Assembly (NCBI RefSeq): GCF_000143415.4
Contig: NW_003314267.1
Span: 2,645,839-2,709,838 of the forward strand
Length of the DNA stretch: 64,000 nucleotides
Reading direction: 5' to 3'
Source of the DNA: Selaginella moellendorffii
Taxonomy: Eukaryota; Plantae; Lycopodiophyta
Shown here: piece by piece, positions 33,075 through 47,441 of the stretch
Numbering within the stretch: the stretch's first letter is position 1
How the letters are laid out: each line of letters opens with the position of its first letter
The notes under the pieces: generated by a model
What the model was told of the DNA's origin: nothing
Database searches by the model: none
The model's input: the letters and a program-made list of their open reading frames with translations, nothing else
Program-made: the position numbers and the translations under genes

Positions 33075-36000
33075 TCAACTCTCACTCTTTCTTCCTTCCA
33101 ATTTATGCTCGTCTTGATCATGATCTTGGTGTTGATGATTTTGCTGCTGTTGATCGCTTTCCTGCTGCTGCGGTTGCACTGCAGCTTGTTCCTGTTGCCG
33201 CTTCATCACCCCTTTCTCGAGCACATCCACGGGAACGTAAGCGAATCCTTTCGGCAAAAGCCTGTTGTGCATCGAGGCCTCAGTGGGGGTCATTATCTTC
33301 TCTCGACCCAAAGGCTCCGAGTGCTGCACAAACAAGGTGACAATCAGTCACGAACCACAAAAGAGGAAAAGACAGAGACGCTACCCGGTTGAATCTTCTG
33401 AGCTTCTTTTGATCCCGGATTCCGGTGTTTGCGTCTGCTTTCGTCGTCGACCATGTCAACTCTTTGGTGTTGTTATTTCTTCCGGCCGGCCAGATAGGTT
33501 CCGTCAGCCTCGACTCGGCAGTCCAAGGCACGTCCAAAAGGCTATCGCTGTACAGTGGCCCGTTTCCTTCACCTGGTTTTTGATGATTCACAGCTTGATC
33601 CACCGAGTGTCCTCCCACGACAGCTACAAGCTGATTAATGTACAAATCTTTAATACAATGTGTCAGCTCCCGCTGGAAAGAACACAACGAGGCTTAGAAT
33701 GCATCAAAAGAAACAACCGCGGAAGTGGTCTACCTTGATCCGCTCTCTCTTGCAGATGCGCTCGCAAATAAGCCGAACCCGCTCAAACTCAACCTATGAA
33801 ACACCTTCAGCAAAAGGGAGAGAAGAACAGGAGAAGCTTTTATACCCGAATCTGCCGCAGTGCATTTATCTCGTCCGGAGAACCATACTGCTTCAGCTCC
33901 GCCTGAGAGACGAAATCAGCTGACTGAACAGAGTTTTGACCAATTAGTGCGCGTGAAATATGTTTGAAAAAGGTGGACTAAGCAAACCTTTGCTCTCTGT
34001 TGAGGACTGTGACGCTCACAAAATGCTCGGTAATGAGCTCTGCCATTGATATTTCTCGCGCTGATATAAAGCCCAGAGTCTCGTGCACACATAGGATGGA
34101 AAGCACCGGAGCAGTGACCGAAGTTGCACTGGTAGTAAAAAAACATAAAGGTCCGTAACGATATTCGAGTTAAAAAGACTCCAAACCTTGATACATGCTC
34201 CTTGTTGTTGCTGGCAGATGGTGCACGTTAAGTTAAGCCGCTCACTCGGGACGGCCTCCTGAAAAACATTCTGCTTTAGATCCCTCTAAAGCTGGAAAGT
34301 GCAGATTAAACTCACCAGTCCTCCAATTGGACACGATTGCTCTCGTCCGAAAGTTGTCTTCGGCACCCACTGAAAGAAACACAATTACAGCGATGCTCGG
34401 AAGACGAAAGTTGAGACATTACCAGAGCGCAAAAAACATGCACCCAACGTCCATCCGATGATTTCTTGAATGCACCATACGCAATAGGACATAGAGCGCA
34501 TTGAACACCCGGTGCTATCCGATCGCCATCTTCCATTAGCTTCACTGGCTGGTACTGGAGCTCGGTACAAGGCTGACAATACCAAGGAGCTGTAGGGAAA
34601 GGGTGAATACCATAGCAATCTTGATGGACTGCAACCTGCACACACACCATAGTTGCCACATATGTTTGCAGAGAAAAACAAAAAGAGAAAACGCTTACGT
34701 TGCACCGGTGGCAGTGGACGATCCTATTCAGCCGTAGAGATTCGTTGCTACTGCACACGTCGCACGCGTACTGGTCTTCATGCCTGTAGAAAGCGGGTTG
34801 CACTCTAAAGGACGACGAAACGTTGAGCCTCGGTGGTTTCGGTACAGGCGGCTTGAACGGACGCACATAGGGAGAATGCGGGTTGCCATGGTTGAGCTTA
34901 TACTCTGCCGTCGCGTCTTGAGTAGGATAGTACGGGTCATCGTGCGTCGCGAGATCCCGTTTCACATATCCTGTCCTCGGCGATGCAGCAGCAGCAGCAG
35001 TAGCAGCAGCCAATACGGCCTGAGCTTCTCTATCTTTTTTCTCTTTCCTGCCTTGTTTTCGAGCTTCCTTGACATCAGCTAGAAACTGACTGACAAAAAG
35101 CAGATCTTGCAGTTGTTTTCTCGCAGCTTGCCGCTCCTTGGATAGCTGGCACAGTATTCTAGAAATCAATCGCTCTGTAAAAAAACAAGAGAAAGAAGCG
35201 TTGAGAAAGTTTCAGCTTATGGTCAATGTGACATACCTGACATGACACGATTTGATTGTGCTCGATCGATCAGCTGGTTTTGCAGAAGGAATATTTCTGC
35301 TTCCACCTCGTCCTGTGGACACCAATCCAGTACACCGAGATGCTTGGCTTTACGCAACTGCTGCCACTGCTCATCCAGACTATTTCTGTCCGAGGTACTG
35401 CACTCAAGTTCCTCCTGACCAGAAAATGAGCAGTCTAGTGTCTGGGAATTTGATAAGTTCGGTTCCATGTGTAACAGCCTTTTCATGACCCCAGGAATTA
35501 CGTACAATTGCTGATCCGTTCCCCCAGCGCTGGAGAAGCAACAATATCAGTATAAATTACTATACAGAAGCTCCAAACACTCACTCGATTGAGTCTTCAT
35601 GATCTTGCGGACTAGAAGCTTCCAACCCAGGGCTATCACTGTCAAAAATCCCATTTGACATCTCATTGTCAAAGAGCCGACTCTGGTTTTGCATAACTGT
35701 CATCATTGGCTTTTGGATCTCCTCTCCTTGCAAACTTTCAGCCACAGATGGTCTGTCGTCCTGCATTGACGTATAGAAAGATCATTCATCAAATTCAAAT
35801 GGAACTAAACGATCTTACCGCTTCGTCGCCGAACGAACCAAAGTCTTCCTCAACTTGAAGTAGCTGGCAGTTTATTTTCACAGGACCAGTTGAAAACGTT
35901 GCTGTATTTTCAGGGGAGTTGCCGTGACTCGGACTTAATTCATCGCTGTAGCCATTTTTCTTCAGTTTGGAAACAGATTGTCCGCTGTCACTCCCACTTA

Positions 36001-37816
36001 CACTGCACTTTAGAAGTGAAGAATAAGTGCACAGCCACGCAGAAATACTGGTGTTTATTTTACTTTCGTCTTCATGTAGCTTCCCCTAAGCCAATAAAAC
36101 CACGTAAGAAATGTGTTCGCGAAAGCTAGTGTAATACCTCTAGCCACAGTAGCAGCGTGGACTGGGGAACGTCAACTTCGGAGGCAATGGTTTCCATCGA
36201 AATACCGATAGTTTGTGTCACCTGCTCGAGGCATTGCTGATGGTCACATCTAAAAGAAAAAAAACATACCTTTTTTACGTTGGCAATCAGCTCCTCTTGA
36301 ACTGGCTGATTGGATGGACTTCTTTCGTTACTTGGCGATTGGGTAGCTTCTACACTAGCATTGCCTTTCAAAACAGCGTCAACTGCTTGATTATTCTGTC
36401 CAGCTTTTCCTGTATTTCCAGTGACAACAGCATTTACAATTTTGTCATCTGAAGACCCTTCCTTCAAGGCTACTGGCTCTACTGGCTTTGCAACTCGAAT
36501 CGCCGAGTGCTTGGGACAATAGGCACGTAAATCGACCTGCTTATACATCGCATGTTAATAGAAATAAAGAAAACAAGAAATTGCAATCTTACCTCGTCGG
36601 TATCTTCTCGACTTGAAACTTCCATCAAGAGCTTGGCATCCCTTGCACACAGAGGGTGAAATGCCGTTGCACACAAACCTGTTGGAAACACAAAATAACA
36701 CTCAATGACGACAAGAGAGAAGAACGTATGTCGCTTACCGTGGCTACACTGAATGCAGGCACCGTGCCTTTCCTTGCACACAATGCAAACCAGCCGCCAC
36801 CTTTCCTCCCTAACCCCTTCCACATTTTTCACTGGCTCCATGGCCACCGTGTCCTGAAGGAAAGTCTCGGGCACCCACTGCGTGCAAAAGAGATGCGCAA
36901 AGCGTGTCTGCTTGGAAGAAGAGTCGGCCTCCACAGCTACTGGCTTCAGTGCACCTCGTTTGCAAGGGCAAAGAACGCAGCTGAAAGAGCCTTGGTCATC
37001 AGCTTCCACAGCACCACCACTTCTCTGACGATAGGCACACCACGAGCACAACCACTGGCCGTCGGGAATGCTTTGAACACCATAGCATTCCTGGTGGACG
37101 GCGACGTTGCACGACTCGCAGAAAATAATCTGATTCCATGCGTCACTGTCCCCGCTGCTGCAAACATGGCACTGATCCTCCTCCTCGATATCAACCGGCG
37201 AGATGACCGTCGTTATGGTGTCCGGAGTCACGAGAGTTGCCTTTCTTCTCTTGCTCACGGGGCTGGCAGTAAGAAGCTTGCGCTTGATACCTCTAGCCGA
37301 CTTATTCTCCTCGGAGCTCCCCTCGACCTTAAACTTCCTATCCTCCTCGGCCCATATATCCAAGTACCTACGTCCGCGAGGCCGGACGTTGAAGCAAGAG
37401 TCCTGTGCTACCGACGAATCTATAACCCCGAAGCTCGTCCGAGGGAAGAGCAGCTTCACATCCTCGGCAATCACCTCTCGAAAGTAATCCTCCATCTGGA
37501 CCCAGAACATCCGAGGATTCCCATCGTCGAGATCACCAAACTCTCGCTTCTTACTCACGGCCTGCGTCTTCCGAGCTCGATTCTTCCGCTTTGGATCACC
37601 GGCGTTTGGAAGCTTTACCAGCGGACCACTGAAACCAGCTCCAGCACCGCCAGCATTTCCAGCTTCGTCACCAGCAAAAGGTGACTTCACCGCTAGAGCT
37701 TTGACTGCCTGTGAGTAAATATCCATGCCCCGACCCTGCGATAACTTTGGCCCAGTTTGATCGCTCCTATGAGACAAGCTGCTGGAAACACCACCCTCGG
37801 CACCCCGTCCCATCAT
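33075..37816 (-). CDS. PHD-finger chromatin protein with two PZP (PHD / Zn-knuckle / PHD) modules, JADE/BRPF-like
   Basis: FWVQMEDYFRE, CHVCSSG..CESCNVAVHQECYG..WLCSWC, CVLCP..HLFCTQWVPE..AFHPLCAR; second module CDVC..VHQDCYG..CALCP..WVHVFCA..AFHPMCAR; many short introns. Confidence 0.9.
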
Positions 37817-38268
37817 TCTAATCGGGCTTCATGTCGATTTGTCGAGAGAGATGGAAGATTCTCTCAAGCCCGGGATTAGGGCTCCTCCGCTGGCAGCAAA
37901 CCCTAGGGCCGATTCCTAGGAGGGAGGAGAGGAGAGATCTGGCATCATACCTCGAGTGCCGCCGCGCGACGCCGTGCGTCGGGCGTCGCCGAATCGATCC
38001 GGCCACATTCCCATGCTCCTCTCATTTTCGTGTGTTTTTTTCTCGAAGAAACCCTACTATTTGAGCCCTAAAGCTGGAGCCCTTAAGATAGGCGAATTTG
38101 CTTTCGTCTTTAGAATAAATTGGTGCTCCATCTGGGCTCCATCTTTGCTGGTATGGAGCTTTCTTTCCACTCCGCTCGACTCGACACTCACGCACTCACT
38201 CTCACTCACTCACTCTACACGGTGGTTTTGCTTTGTTCTTTCTTCCGCTCAATCAATCCTTGATCGAT

Positions 38269-38918
38269 TTAATCGTCCTTGACCATGTTGAGAGGCTCGC
38301 TGAGAACAATCTTTGGAAGATCATACTTGGCACCTGGTTTGGATGAGAAAAGAGAAAACAAAGAACGTTAAGTTGTCCTCGAAGGAAGCGAGTGGAAAAA
38401 CTTTAGAACCTCGTTCGTCGTAGCACGTTGATAGATCGTCCGTGGTGACGATGATCCCAGCGCTGTCCACAATCGTCTGTGCCAAGCTCAGATCTGCCTC
38501 GGCAGCAGCCTTGAGAGCGTCCCAGATCTCTGAAAGTTTCCACACAATTGACAAGGTGAGTGAGAGCGAGAGAAAAAAAGAAAGAACCAGCTAAGCTCTA
38601 GAGGAAAGCTTTACTTGATCCTCTGCTACGAAACAGGGATCCAGAAAAACTTCGAGGACAAATCTAGAAGACGATGGACAAGAAGAGCAAACATCCGAGA
38701 GGAGAAAGAGTTACCTCGCTGGCCACCATAATGTGGTGCAGTGTCCCAGAATTCTTCGCGCATTTTCTTGAGCTGGCCTCTGGTGATGGCCTCCGGATGC
38801 TTCCACGGCTTAGGTTTCTTCAATTTCTTGTCATGCCCTGATTGGAACCAGGAAATCAGCGAAAATTTCCATGCCAAGCTCGAGACGCACCTTTCCTCGA
38901 CGAGATCACACAACCCAT
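38269..38918 (-). CDS. Ubiquitin-binding domain protein, UBTD/DC-UbP-like (4 exons)
   Basis: MGCVISSRK, MREEFWDTAPHYGGQR, EIWDALKAAAE..CYDERG, AKYDLPK..SEPLNM. Confidence 0.88.
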
Positions 38919-39223
38919 GCCCTACCAGGTACCAGCAGCAATCAGCCGCTCCAACATCAAATCCTCCAGCTCGGGCGACGATCTTCCCGTTGGAATTGGA
39001 GCGCGGCGCCTAGCTCCTCGCCGAAATTCTACCTCGCCGCGATCATCCGCGAAGACCTAACAGCAAAGCGAACGCCAAGATCATCCCCGCAAGAACACAC
39101 GCGCAAAAGAGCCTAGGTAGAGGTAAAAAATAAAAAAAACGTGGAGGGATTTGTTACTTGCAATCCTAGCCGCGACGATATGCGGCCACAGTCGTGACAC
39201 GTAGCAGCTAGGGTTTATGCGCG

Positions 39224-39564
39224 ATGGCCAAGTCGTGCAAAGGGCTCGCCAGGGAGCTCGTCAAGTGCTTGGGCGAGTCTGTGTGCTACCAGGTTAGGGT
39301 TCTATGGGCCGATTCGCAGTGAATGATTGATTGATTGATCGCTCTAGGAGGAGAAGCGATCGTTGCGGGATTGCGCCGGGGAGCATCCTCCCAAGATCGC
39401 TCCTGCCTGTGTGGGTTTGCGAGAAACTTACGCCAAATGCAAGCGCGGCCAGGTGAATTTGCGAGATTTTACGCAATCGATCGCTCACAGCTCACAATGG
39501 AGGAATTTGTCTTTGCTACCAGGTGGACATGAGAACTCGCATTCAAGGAAACAAAGGCTACTAG
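39224..39564 (+). CDS. COA5: Cytochrome c oxidase assembly factor 5 (PET191), 3 exons
   Basis: MAKSCKGLARELVKCLGESVCYQ, EEKRSLRDCA..CVGLRETYAKCKRGQ, VDMRTRIQGNKGY*; twin CX9C and the CKRGQVDMR signature. Confidence 0.92.
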
Positions 39565-39683
39565 AAGAAGCCCTGATGTCTTAGAAATACGAAGGAAACT
39601 TGGCCGAAGAACGGTATATTCCATCCCCAGATCCAACGGCTGTTTTTAAACGCTCCCTTGATTTCCCGCCATTTTCATTGTCT

Positions 39684-42600
39684 TTAGCCCTCTTGGATCA
39701 TCCGGGCGTAGGCGCCGCGCGGATCCGCCATGAGGTGGTCGTGGCTGCCCAGCTCCACGATTCGGCCCTGCTGGAGCACGGCGATGGCGTGCGCATGCCG
39801 CACGGTGGACAATCGGTGAGCGATCACTAGGGTTGTGCGATTCCTCCTCTCCAGGATCTCGTCTAAAGCTTGCTGCACGGCTCTCTCAGATTCCGAGTCC
39901 AGCGCGCTCGTCGCCTCGTCCAGCATAAGAATTGCTGGATCCTTGATCACGGCCCTGGCGATGGCGATTCTCTGCTTTTGCCCTCCCGAGAGCTGGACGC
40001 CGCGCTCTCCAACGCTCGTTTCGTAGCCTTGAGGTAAGCTGCTGATAAACCCGTGAGCATTTGCGATCCTGGCTGCTGCGATTGTCTCTTCTTCCGTTGC
40101 ATTGTCTTTGCCGTATGTGATGTTTGATCGTATGCTTGTCGAGAAGAGAGATGGTTCCTGGTTGACGAGGCTTATGTGCTTCCTGAGCCATCGTAAGTTG
40201 TAGTTCCTGAGGTTGTGGCCGTCTAGAAGCACGCGTCCAGCGGTTGGGTCGTAGAATCTCATCACTAGCTGGATGACTGAGCTCTTGCCTGATCCGCTCG
40301 AGCCTACCAGCGCGACAGTCATTCCGGCTCTCATGTGAAGATTAAACTTTGAGAGTACTGGTACCAGTGGTCTGCTGGGATAGCTAAAGTCGACTTCGAT
40401 GAACTCGACTTCTCCGAGTATGTCGTCTGACTTCCTGCTGTGTGGTTCATCTGGTCTCATTTGTGTCTTTCTTCTGGTAATTTTCTGTAAGCAAGCGACT
40501 GAGTGAAGTGCCTTGGTGATGTCTGGGAAGAGATTGAGAGCCTCTGCGAGAACGTAGCCTGTCCATGCCAGTATCTGAAAGACCTTGAGAGCGTCCGCGT
40601 AGTTGCTGCGTCCTTTTTTAACTAGCAGCGAGACGTACCACAGTCCGGTTGCATTCGCAAGGTGGAGTCCACACTGCGAGAGTCCGAAGAGGATGCCACC
40701 TTTCTGAGCACGTATGAAGCTCTGCTTGAGTGGCTGACTCAACTGGTCCTGAAACACACCGAGGATCTTGGCTTCAGCGCAGAATGATGCTAGAGTTCTT
40801 ATGTTGCTGACTGCTTCGCCAGCGACGTTGCTTGCTTTTGCATGTAGCTTTTCCAGGTCTCCTGCGAAGCCTTTTTGCAGGAATCCTTGCTGCAAGAGTG
40901 GTTATGTCTATTGTGCACTGGGATGAAAAGCATGCATACCTTCATTGACCCGCCGACCATTGAAAACGGAAACGTAGCAATGGTTATTATTGCCATTTCC
41001 CATTTTATTCTGAACCCGAGTGCCATAGCCAAGCAGATTGATGTGGTGTATTGAAGTAGCAAGCACACCCTGTCACTCATTGCTGTTCGGACGCTTGATG
41101 CATTCGAGGAAAGTTGAGCCGTGAGTGCATTGCTTGTATTTTCTTCCTTGTCAAACCACTCTATTTCGTTCTCCAAAATGGCTGTCAACAAGTCGAGAGT
41201 GAGCGATGTTTGTGGCGTGTTGCTCCTACCTGTAAAAGCATGTTCTTCGAGTTTTTGACTGATGCTTTCCGCTGCCTTAGCATATAAATAATGCTGAAAA
41301 ATGTTCGTGCAGATGGCAGTAGCTCCCAGCGCAGTGATAATTGCGCACCATCTGTTCACTTTGTGCATGGACCCGGGCTGGTAGTAAAGTTGGACTACCT
41401 CGATGAGGAAAAGAGCGAATAGCGGATTGATGCAGCCTGTAACCAGAGCTGCTACACTGCCCGTTGATAACTCAAGCCAGTTTCTCCCTGCCAACTTACA
41501 AAGTTGCCACAGCGAACTCCAGCGACGCAGCTCAATTTCGGACTGTTGGTTTTTTGGTTCCTGTGAAAGAAGCGGGGAGTTGCCTGTGCGGTCTAGAGAA
41601 GGTCTGTAGGGAGACAAGCTCGAAGGTTGAAAATACGTCTCTGGCCTGTTCACCACAAGTAAGCAGCTGAATTTTCAGAGCACAAACTTTCGTGATTACT
41701 CACTGTTTATGGTTGTCCTTGTTCCTTTCTTGTAGACGCACCAGTGTAGCATATGCTCCTTCCTTTTGAAGAAGCTGCTCGTGAGTTCCAAGCTCAATCA
41801 CCTTGCCTTTTGAGAAAACTGCAATTTTCTTGGCGTTCTGAATCGTGGAGAGTCGGTGTGCAACAGTTATCGCCGTGCGATTCACCATGACAGCGTCAAG
41901 AGCGTCCTTCACCTTATGCTCCGATTCGATATCCAGTGCACTTGTTGCTTCGTCGAGCAGCAAAATGGTAGGATTCTTAACGATCATCCTCGCTAATGCA
42001 ATTCGTTGCTTTTGACCACCAGAGAGCTGCGCAGTACTATATCCCACCTAGTTTCCCGCCGACGATTCTTGAGAACATCAACAGGTATTTAGCTTCTCTC
42101 TTACCTGAGTCTCAAAACGTTCAGGCAGCTGCATGATAAATCCGATTGCATTTGATGCTGTAGCAGCAGCTTCAATTTCTTCATCAGTTGCATCTATCTT
42201 TCCAAGTCTGATGTTTTCTTTTATGCTGGTGGCAAACAGGACGGGTTCTTGTGCTACCACGCCAATGTTCTTTCTCAACCATTTGAGTTGTAGGTGCGCT
42301 ATATTCCTTCCATCTAGTCGTATTTCTCCTGATATTTTGTGTTTTCCGTTTTTTCTCAGAGAGCTTCAAGAGGTGATTTAAAAAAGTACCTGAAATTGGA
42401 TTGTAGAATCGCTGAAGAAGAGAGATTACTGTGCTCTTCCCTGAGCCGCTTTCACCGACCAACGCCACAGAACTTCCAGCGGGTACTTCAAGGGACAAGC
42501 CTTGAAATATTGTAACGTCCGGGCGTGCTGGATAGTGGAAGTGGATTTCATCGAACTCGATATATCCATCCAGCTTTTCAGGGACCTCGCCCTCAATATT

Positions 42601-43977
42601 TCTGCTGTCGATCTTTGACGCACGGTCGATGATATTGAAGATGTTGTAAGCTGCTACTCTGCCTCTCGAGAATACCTGCAACTCTGGAGTTGTCTGTCCA
42701 AGGGCCCTGGTACGTAAAAATTTAACATAAGTTCTTCATGATCTGCTCTGACTGATGTGCTTGCAGCTTACATGCCACCAAAGACGATGCAAAACACCGC
42801 AGTCAGAATCTTCCCTCCGTCGATGTGTCCTTTGGAGACGAGAATGCTACCGCACCAGAGCTCCAATGCCCAAGAACAGTTGACAATTCCAAGCGTAAGT
42901 CCAAGTCCCATCCCTCGGATCAACCCGCCTCTTTCCCCGATTTTCCTAGCGGCTTGTAGCGCATCAGAGAAGGAGGTGAGAGCACGAGACTCTTGAACGA
43001 AAGAGTAGACCGTTCTGATCTGTGATATTGTCTGTCTAGCAGGAAACAATGTAACGGTGAGAAGAACCACGGCGAGACGAATCCTTTTACCTGCTCGGCA
43101 ATGGAGCTTGCTTGAGCATGCGACGCCTGGCTCCGTGTAAACATTGCGGTGTACAACCGGGTGTACACGGCCCCAGTTCCGGCAAGCAGTGGTACCGTAG
43201 CAATCGCCAGGAGTGCTATTTGCCAGCCATTGAAAAGCGCCACTACGACTCCGCCGATGAAAGTCGCCATGTTGTGTATGAATCCACCAACCTGTTTTCA
43301 TCATCACGTTTATTCTGCGAGTCTGTCTACAACTTGAGGTACCTTCTCGCCCATCGCATCTTGAACTAGAAGTATATCACTGGCTATGTGATTAACGATG
43401 CTTCCCGTGTTTGCTTCAGTATCGAAGAACGCAACCTCTTGGTGCAGCAGTGACTCCAGGTATCTCACTCGGATCCGGCTCGACTGTCGCTCCCCCGTGT
43501 ACAGCCAACACCAAACTTCTGCTCGGGCCAACAAGATCAAGAGAGAAGGAGCAAGGAGAAATCAGTCAGCTCTCACCTAGCCAAGTGACCCATCCAGAAT
43601 TGAGCGCCACGATAAACATAGCGATCGCGAACTGCCAGGTAATTAAGCATTACTTTTCAAAGTTCCCCGGAAGAACACTGAGCTTTGCTTTTCGTGCTTA
43701 CTTTCAACACAGCCGATCCCGCCGCATCCCTGTCACTCTGATTTGTGGCGAGAGCATTGACGATCCGGCCAAAGTAGTACATGTTGATCGGAAGAACGAG
43801 GCCGTGCGCGATGGCTGCCAAGCTTCCGGTTGCCATGAGCAAGCAATCGAGGCCATCGGCATACTTGAAGAGCTTCCGGAAAGAGACCTGCATTTTTTTT
43901 TGATGGAATGGGTGGGAGCTGCAAAGTGACACACTAATAAGAACGAAAGATGGTGGATATGCTCCAAGAATCTCCAT
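39684..43977 (-). CDS. Full-length ABCB (MDR/PGP) transporter; exact start uncertain
   Basis: [24 protein letters not shown], two NBDs (GESGSGKST and GSSGSGKSS; [10 protein letters not shown]; [10 protein letters not shown]), TMD-NBD-TMD-NBD order. Confidence 0.95.
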
Positions 43978-44111
43978 TCCAACAACAGTGAACTCCGCCG
44001 CCGTCGATCTTTAACTTTAACAATAAGGTCCGTTTGCACGTAAACTATTTTATTCGTTATTAAAGTTCTTCCAGATATAATTATAGCTTATGGTTTTTGT
44101 TATGAAACTTT

Positions 44112-44984
44112 TTATATGACGCATTGTGTGGCCATTTTACAAGTCAATTGCTGGTATGGATCTCCACACATTTGGCGAGTCCCATCCTCAAAGAAACTGG
44201 AAGAAAGGGCTCTCTCGGCACTCCATCTCTCCTCCGGCTCCCAAACCAGCATGTTGTCCAGCAGCTCAAGAATATCTTCGTCGCCAATCTCCCTGTGGAG
44301 CCTCTCCTTGATCTCCTCTACCACCCTGTAAAGCTCTCTGGCGGCGTGGCTCTCGCGTACAACGCTGAAAGGGTTGTACCCTAGAACCAGCTCCGCGAGG
44401 ATCACTCCAGCGCCCCACACGTCCACGCCACTTCCCAGCTCTTGGGTGTCGCCCAGGATGATCTCCGGCGCGTTGTAGGCCAGCGTTCCAATCGTTTCTG
44501 GGTCTCTTGGGGGCGTCGTCACCCTTCTCGCGTGATCAAAGTCGCACAGCTTCACCTTGGTGCCCTCCTTGTTGATCAGGACGTTGGCGGTCTTGATGTC
44601 CTGATGAACGATGCCATGCTCGTGCATGTAGGCTAGGGCTTGAAGGATCTGCTCGATGATCGTCTTGATCTCCTCCCTGTTGAGGGTTCTCTTCATAAGC
44701 ATGCCCAATCTCTTCTTGAACTTGTAGAGATCCCCAAACATGTGCTCGAACACCATGTACGTTTTACCTCCAATCGAGCCCACGTCCAGAAGCTTGACGA
44801 TGTTTCCATGTTGACATTCTTGCAGAAGACCATAGACCAGCTTCGTTTCCTCGTGTAGATTTAGATGCTCTACCATCTCTTTGATGGCGACCTTCTCCAT
44901 AGTGTCGAGATTTATCCCCTCTCTCACCGTTCCACCGGTACCACGCCCCAGCCTTGTCGAGTAATCGATTGAGTATCGCGTCAT
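44112..44984 (-). CDS. Intronless CDK/CMGC-like Ser/Thr kinase with atypical motifs, 290 aa
   Basis: GRGTGG, VAIK, IVKLLDV, HQDIKTAN, LCDFD, TLAYNAPE, VDVWGAGVILAEL. Confidence 0.85.
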   Translation of the reverse strand: MTRYSIDYSTRLGRGTGGTVREGINLDTMEKVAIKEMVEHLNLHEETKLVYGLLQECQHGNIVKLLDVGSIGGKTYMVFEHMFGDLYKFKKRLGMLMKRTLNREEIKTIIEQILQALAYMHEHGIVHQDIKTANVLINKEGTKVKLCDFDHARRVTTPPRDPETIGTLAYNAPEIILGDTQELGSGVDVWGAGVILAELVLGYNPFSVVRESHAARELYRVVEEIKERLHREIGDEDILELLDNMLVWEPEERWSAERALSSSFFEDGTRQMCGDPYQQLTCKMATQCVI

Positions 44985-45111
44985 CTCTCTTACTTCGTTG
45001 TGACGATAAAAATTAAGGGTGAGCTCATTAGCACGACGCTTTAGTACAAAGTTTTCCCTTTTTGACTAACTAAATGAAGCCCTCCTTTTTCTGTTAAAGA
45101 ATATATTTAAA

Positions 45112-47441
45112 TTACTTATTAAAAGTTAACAGATATCTTGAATATCCAGATTCGATATCCACCTTGTCAGGCCTTTGTGTTACTTGTAGCTCGCTCTCTA
45201 CTGATGATACTTCTGGCACTGCTCGTAGCTCCTGTCCAAAAGAAGCAATCGCGCTGCGGTCTATGGTGCTCACGTCCATCACGCTGCTGTGATCTTTGTT
45301 TCTCTTCTTTGCTGCCTTCTTCCAGTTGTGAATCGAGTCCACTATGTGTTCCTGAAATATTGCTCTCTTGTAGTTGGATCCCATCTATGCACGAGCATTG
45401 TCGTCAGTATACATGCGGTGAGATTTAAAACTTTGCTTACCTGTGTCACAAGAGCATAGAGAGGTAACGTGCTATAGCTGCATAGTATTTGCACCAAGAA
45501 CCTGATCACCAGACAATGTTACCTCTACCTGATTCACGCAAAACTTTCAAACTTACCCGGTGACAACTCGCGAATACGAGAAGATCCTATTCTGCATCAA
45601 GCAAGAGTCCCAGCCGAATTGCCACTGAAAAATGCATTCCAGGATTACTTAACTTCCTTACAGCATTTCATTATAACTTACCCAAACCCAAAGAAAAGTG
45701 GCCAATTCAAAAGCGTCCTGTAAAAACGCAAGAGATGTCACTGTGGTGCCAATTCAAGCGGCAGAAGCCAAACCAAACCTGGAAGAGAATGAAATGGATC
45801 AGATGTAGCATCAATCGTGGTTTGTTGAACCAAAACAGTGTGTCTCGAGGTTTTAAACCTGCTATCCGTGGGCCAGACAATCCAGAATCTTCCAAAGCCA
45901 ACTTAGCGATTACATATTGGAGTTTCGCTCCGACCACTAAAACCATCTGACATGGCAAAGTTTAGAAGAGATAAATTAAAACCAAAAAGAAACAAAAGAA
46001 AAGAAAAACATTATACCACGATGGGAACAAGTGACATCCAGAAAAATAAGTTGACACCTGAACAAGATTATGTTACAAACAAGAAGCGGAAATAGAAAAA
46101 TTGCTGACCATGAACATCAAAAAGGAAAAAACAGACAACAAACGTCCAGAAAATGACGCTGCAAAGAGCAAAGAGAAAAAAAAGAGTGTGGCATTAGCAT
46201 TGTACCAAGCACAGAACTAAATACCTTATTCCAACAATATCTTTGAACTCATCCTCCAATGATCGAATCATGTAGCTGTGAAAATCATATCTCGGGCGTG
46301 TCTTATGCTTCTGCAACAACTCAGTGTTATTTCTTAGAGACTTTGTGATCAACTTACCGTCACAAAGCCCATACGCAAGGCCAAATAGTCCGATTTGGTT
46401 ACCGACTGGCCAAATTGACGGAAGAAACAGAGCTGCAAAGACAGGAGCTTATCAAGAACTGCTCGCTCCATGATCAGAGACTACTCACCACACCAAGCAA
46501 GAGGCTGTTCCTGCTCCACAAGGAAGATGCATGGTAAGCAGCAAATGTTGATTGACGCTTTAGAGTCAAGGTTTTAGTTAACTCTGGCAATTTCAAGGTT
46601 TTAGTTAAAGAAGTTGATTTCTTTTCTGAATACGAGCATTAGTCTTACCAGCTAGCTGTTCCTGATTGTCCACATGAGTGTGAGCTTCTTCTTCCCATTT
46701 TATCCAAGTATGGACCTAATAAAACACTAAAACCGTCAGTAAAATCACGAGGTTCACATTGACGAACCTTCATAATAGCCAAGAGCATAGTCAGACATGA
46801 GTATAAAATGTGAGTGACAGCCATGACGAATAGAAACCTGTGTAGTTGTTCAAGGCCCAGGAAAGAGATAAATGGTTCGTGGCCCTAGACAAAGAACAGG
46901 ATCTTACGAAAACAAGACCAAGCCAATTGAATGAATTTACAAACCTCCGTGCAAGAGTTTTCTAGTGAAGCGAGTTCCCTCCGCCGATTGCTTACGAGCA
47001 AGTGATCAGCCTCTTTCTTGGAGGAGGATGGGAGGTGACAAGGCATGCGTTGCTTATCAAAAAAGGACGATTTGATGCAGATCTTTGAGACGTAAGACGC
47101 GGTTATGGTGATAAGAAGTGAGATGAATCCCAGCAGCATCAACTCTGAAACAAGCATTCGTCGTTGCCATCAGAGCGTGCTTGAACAAACGAACCTTCTT
47201 TGATCTTCTCCAGTGCGGCATAGAGTGGTTTCCTCTTTGTTCTGGAGAGCCACTGCCAATCCAAGTCACATAAGATTGTTAGAGAACGATAGATCGTTAC
47301 GAAATCGGGAAGAATTACTTGTCCGAGATGGTGTAGAGATCTCTCTCCTAGCAGCGAAATAACAACGAACAACGTACACACTATCGCTACTGACCATGTA
47401 GGAGTTAACTCTAGAGATCTTGAAGCGCTGCCACCTGCCAT
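45112..47441 (-). CDS. MLO: MLO family protein with canonical calmodulin-binding tail
   Basis: [64 protein letters not shown]; intron positions match 12256-14984. Confidence 0.95.
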
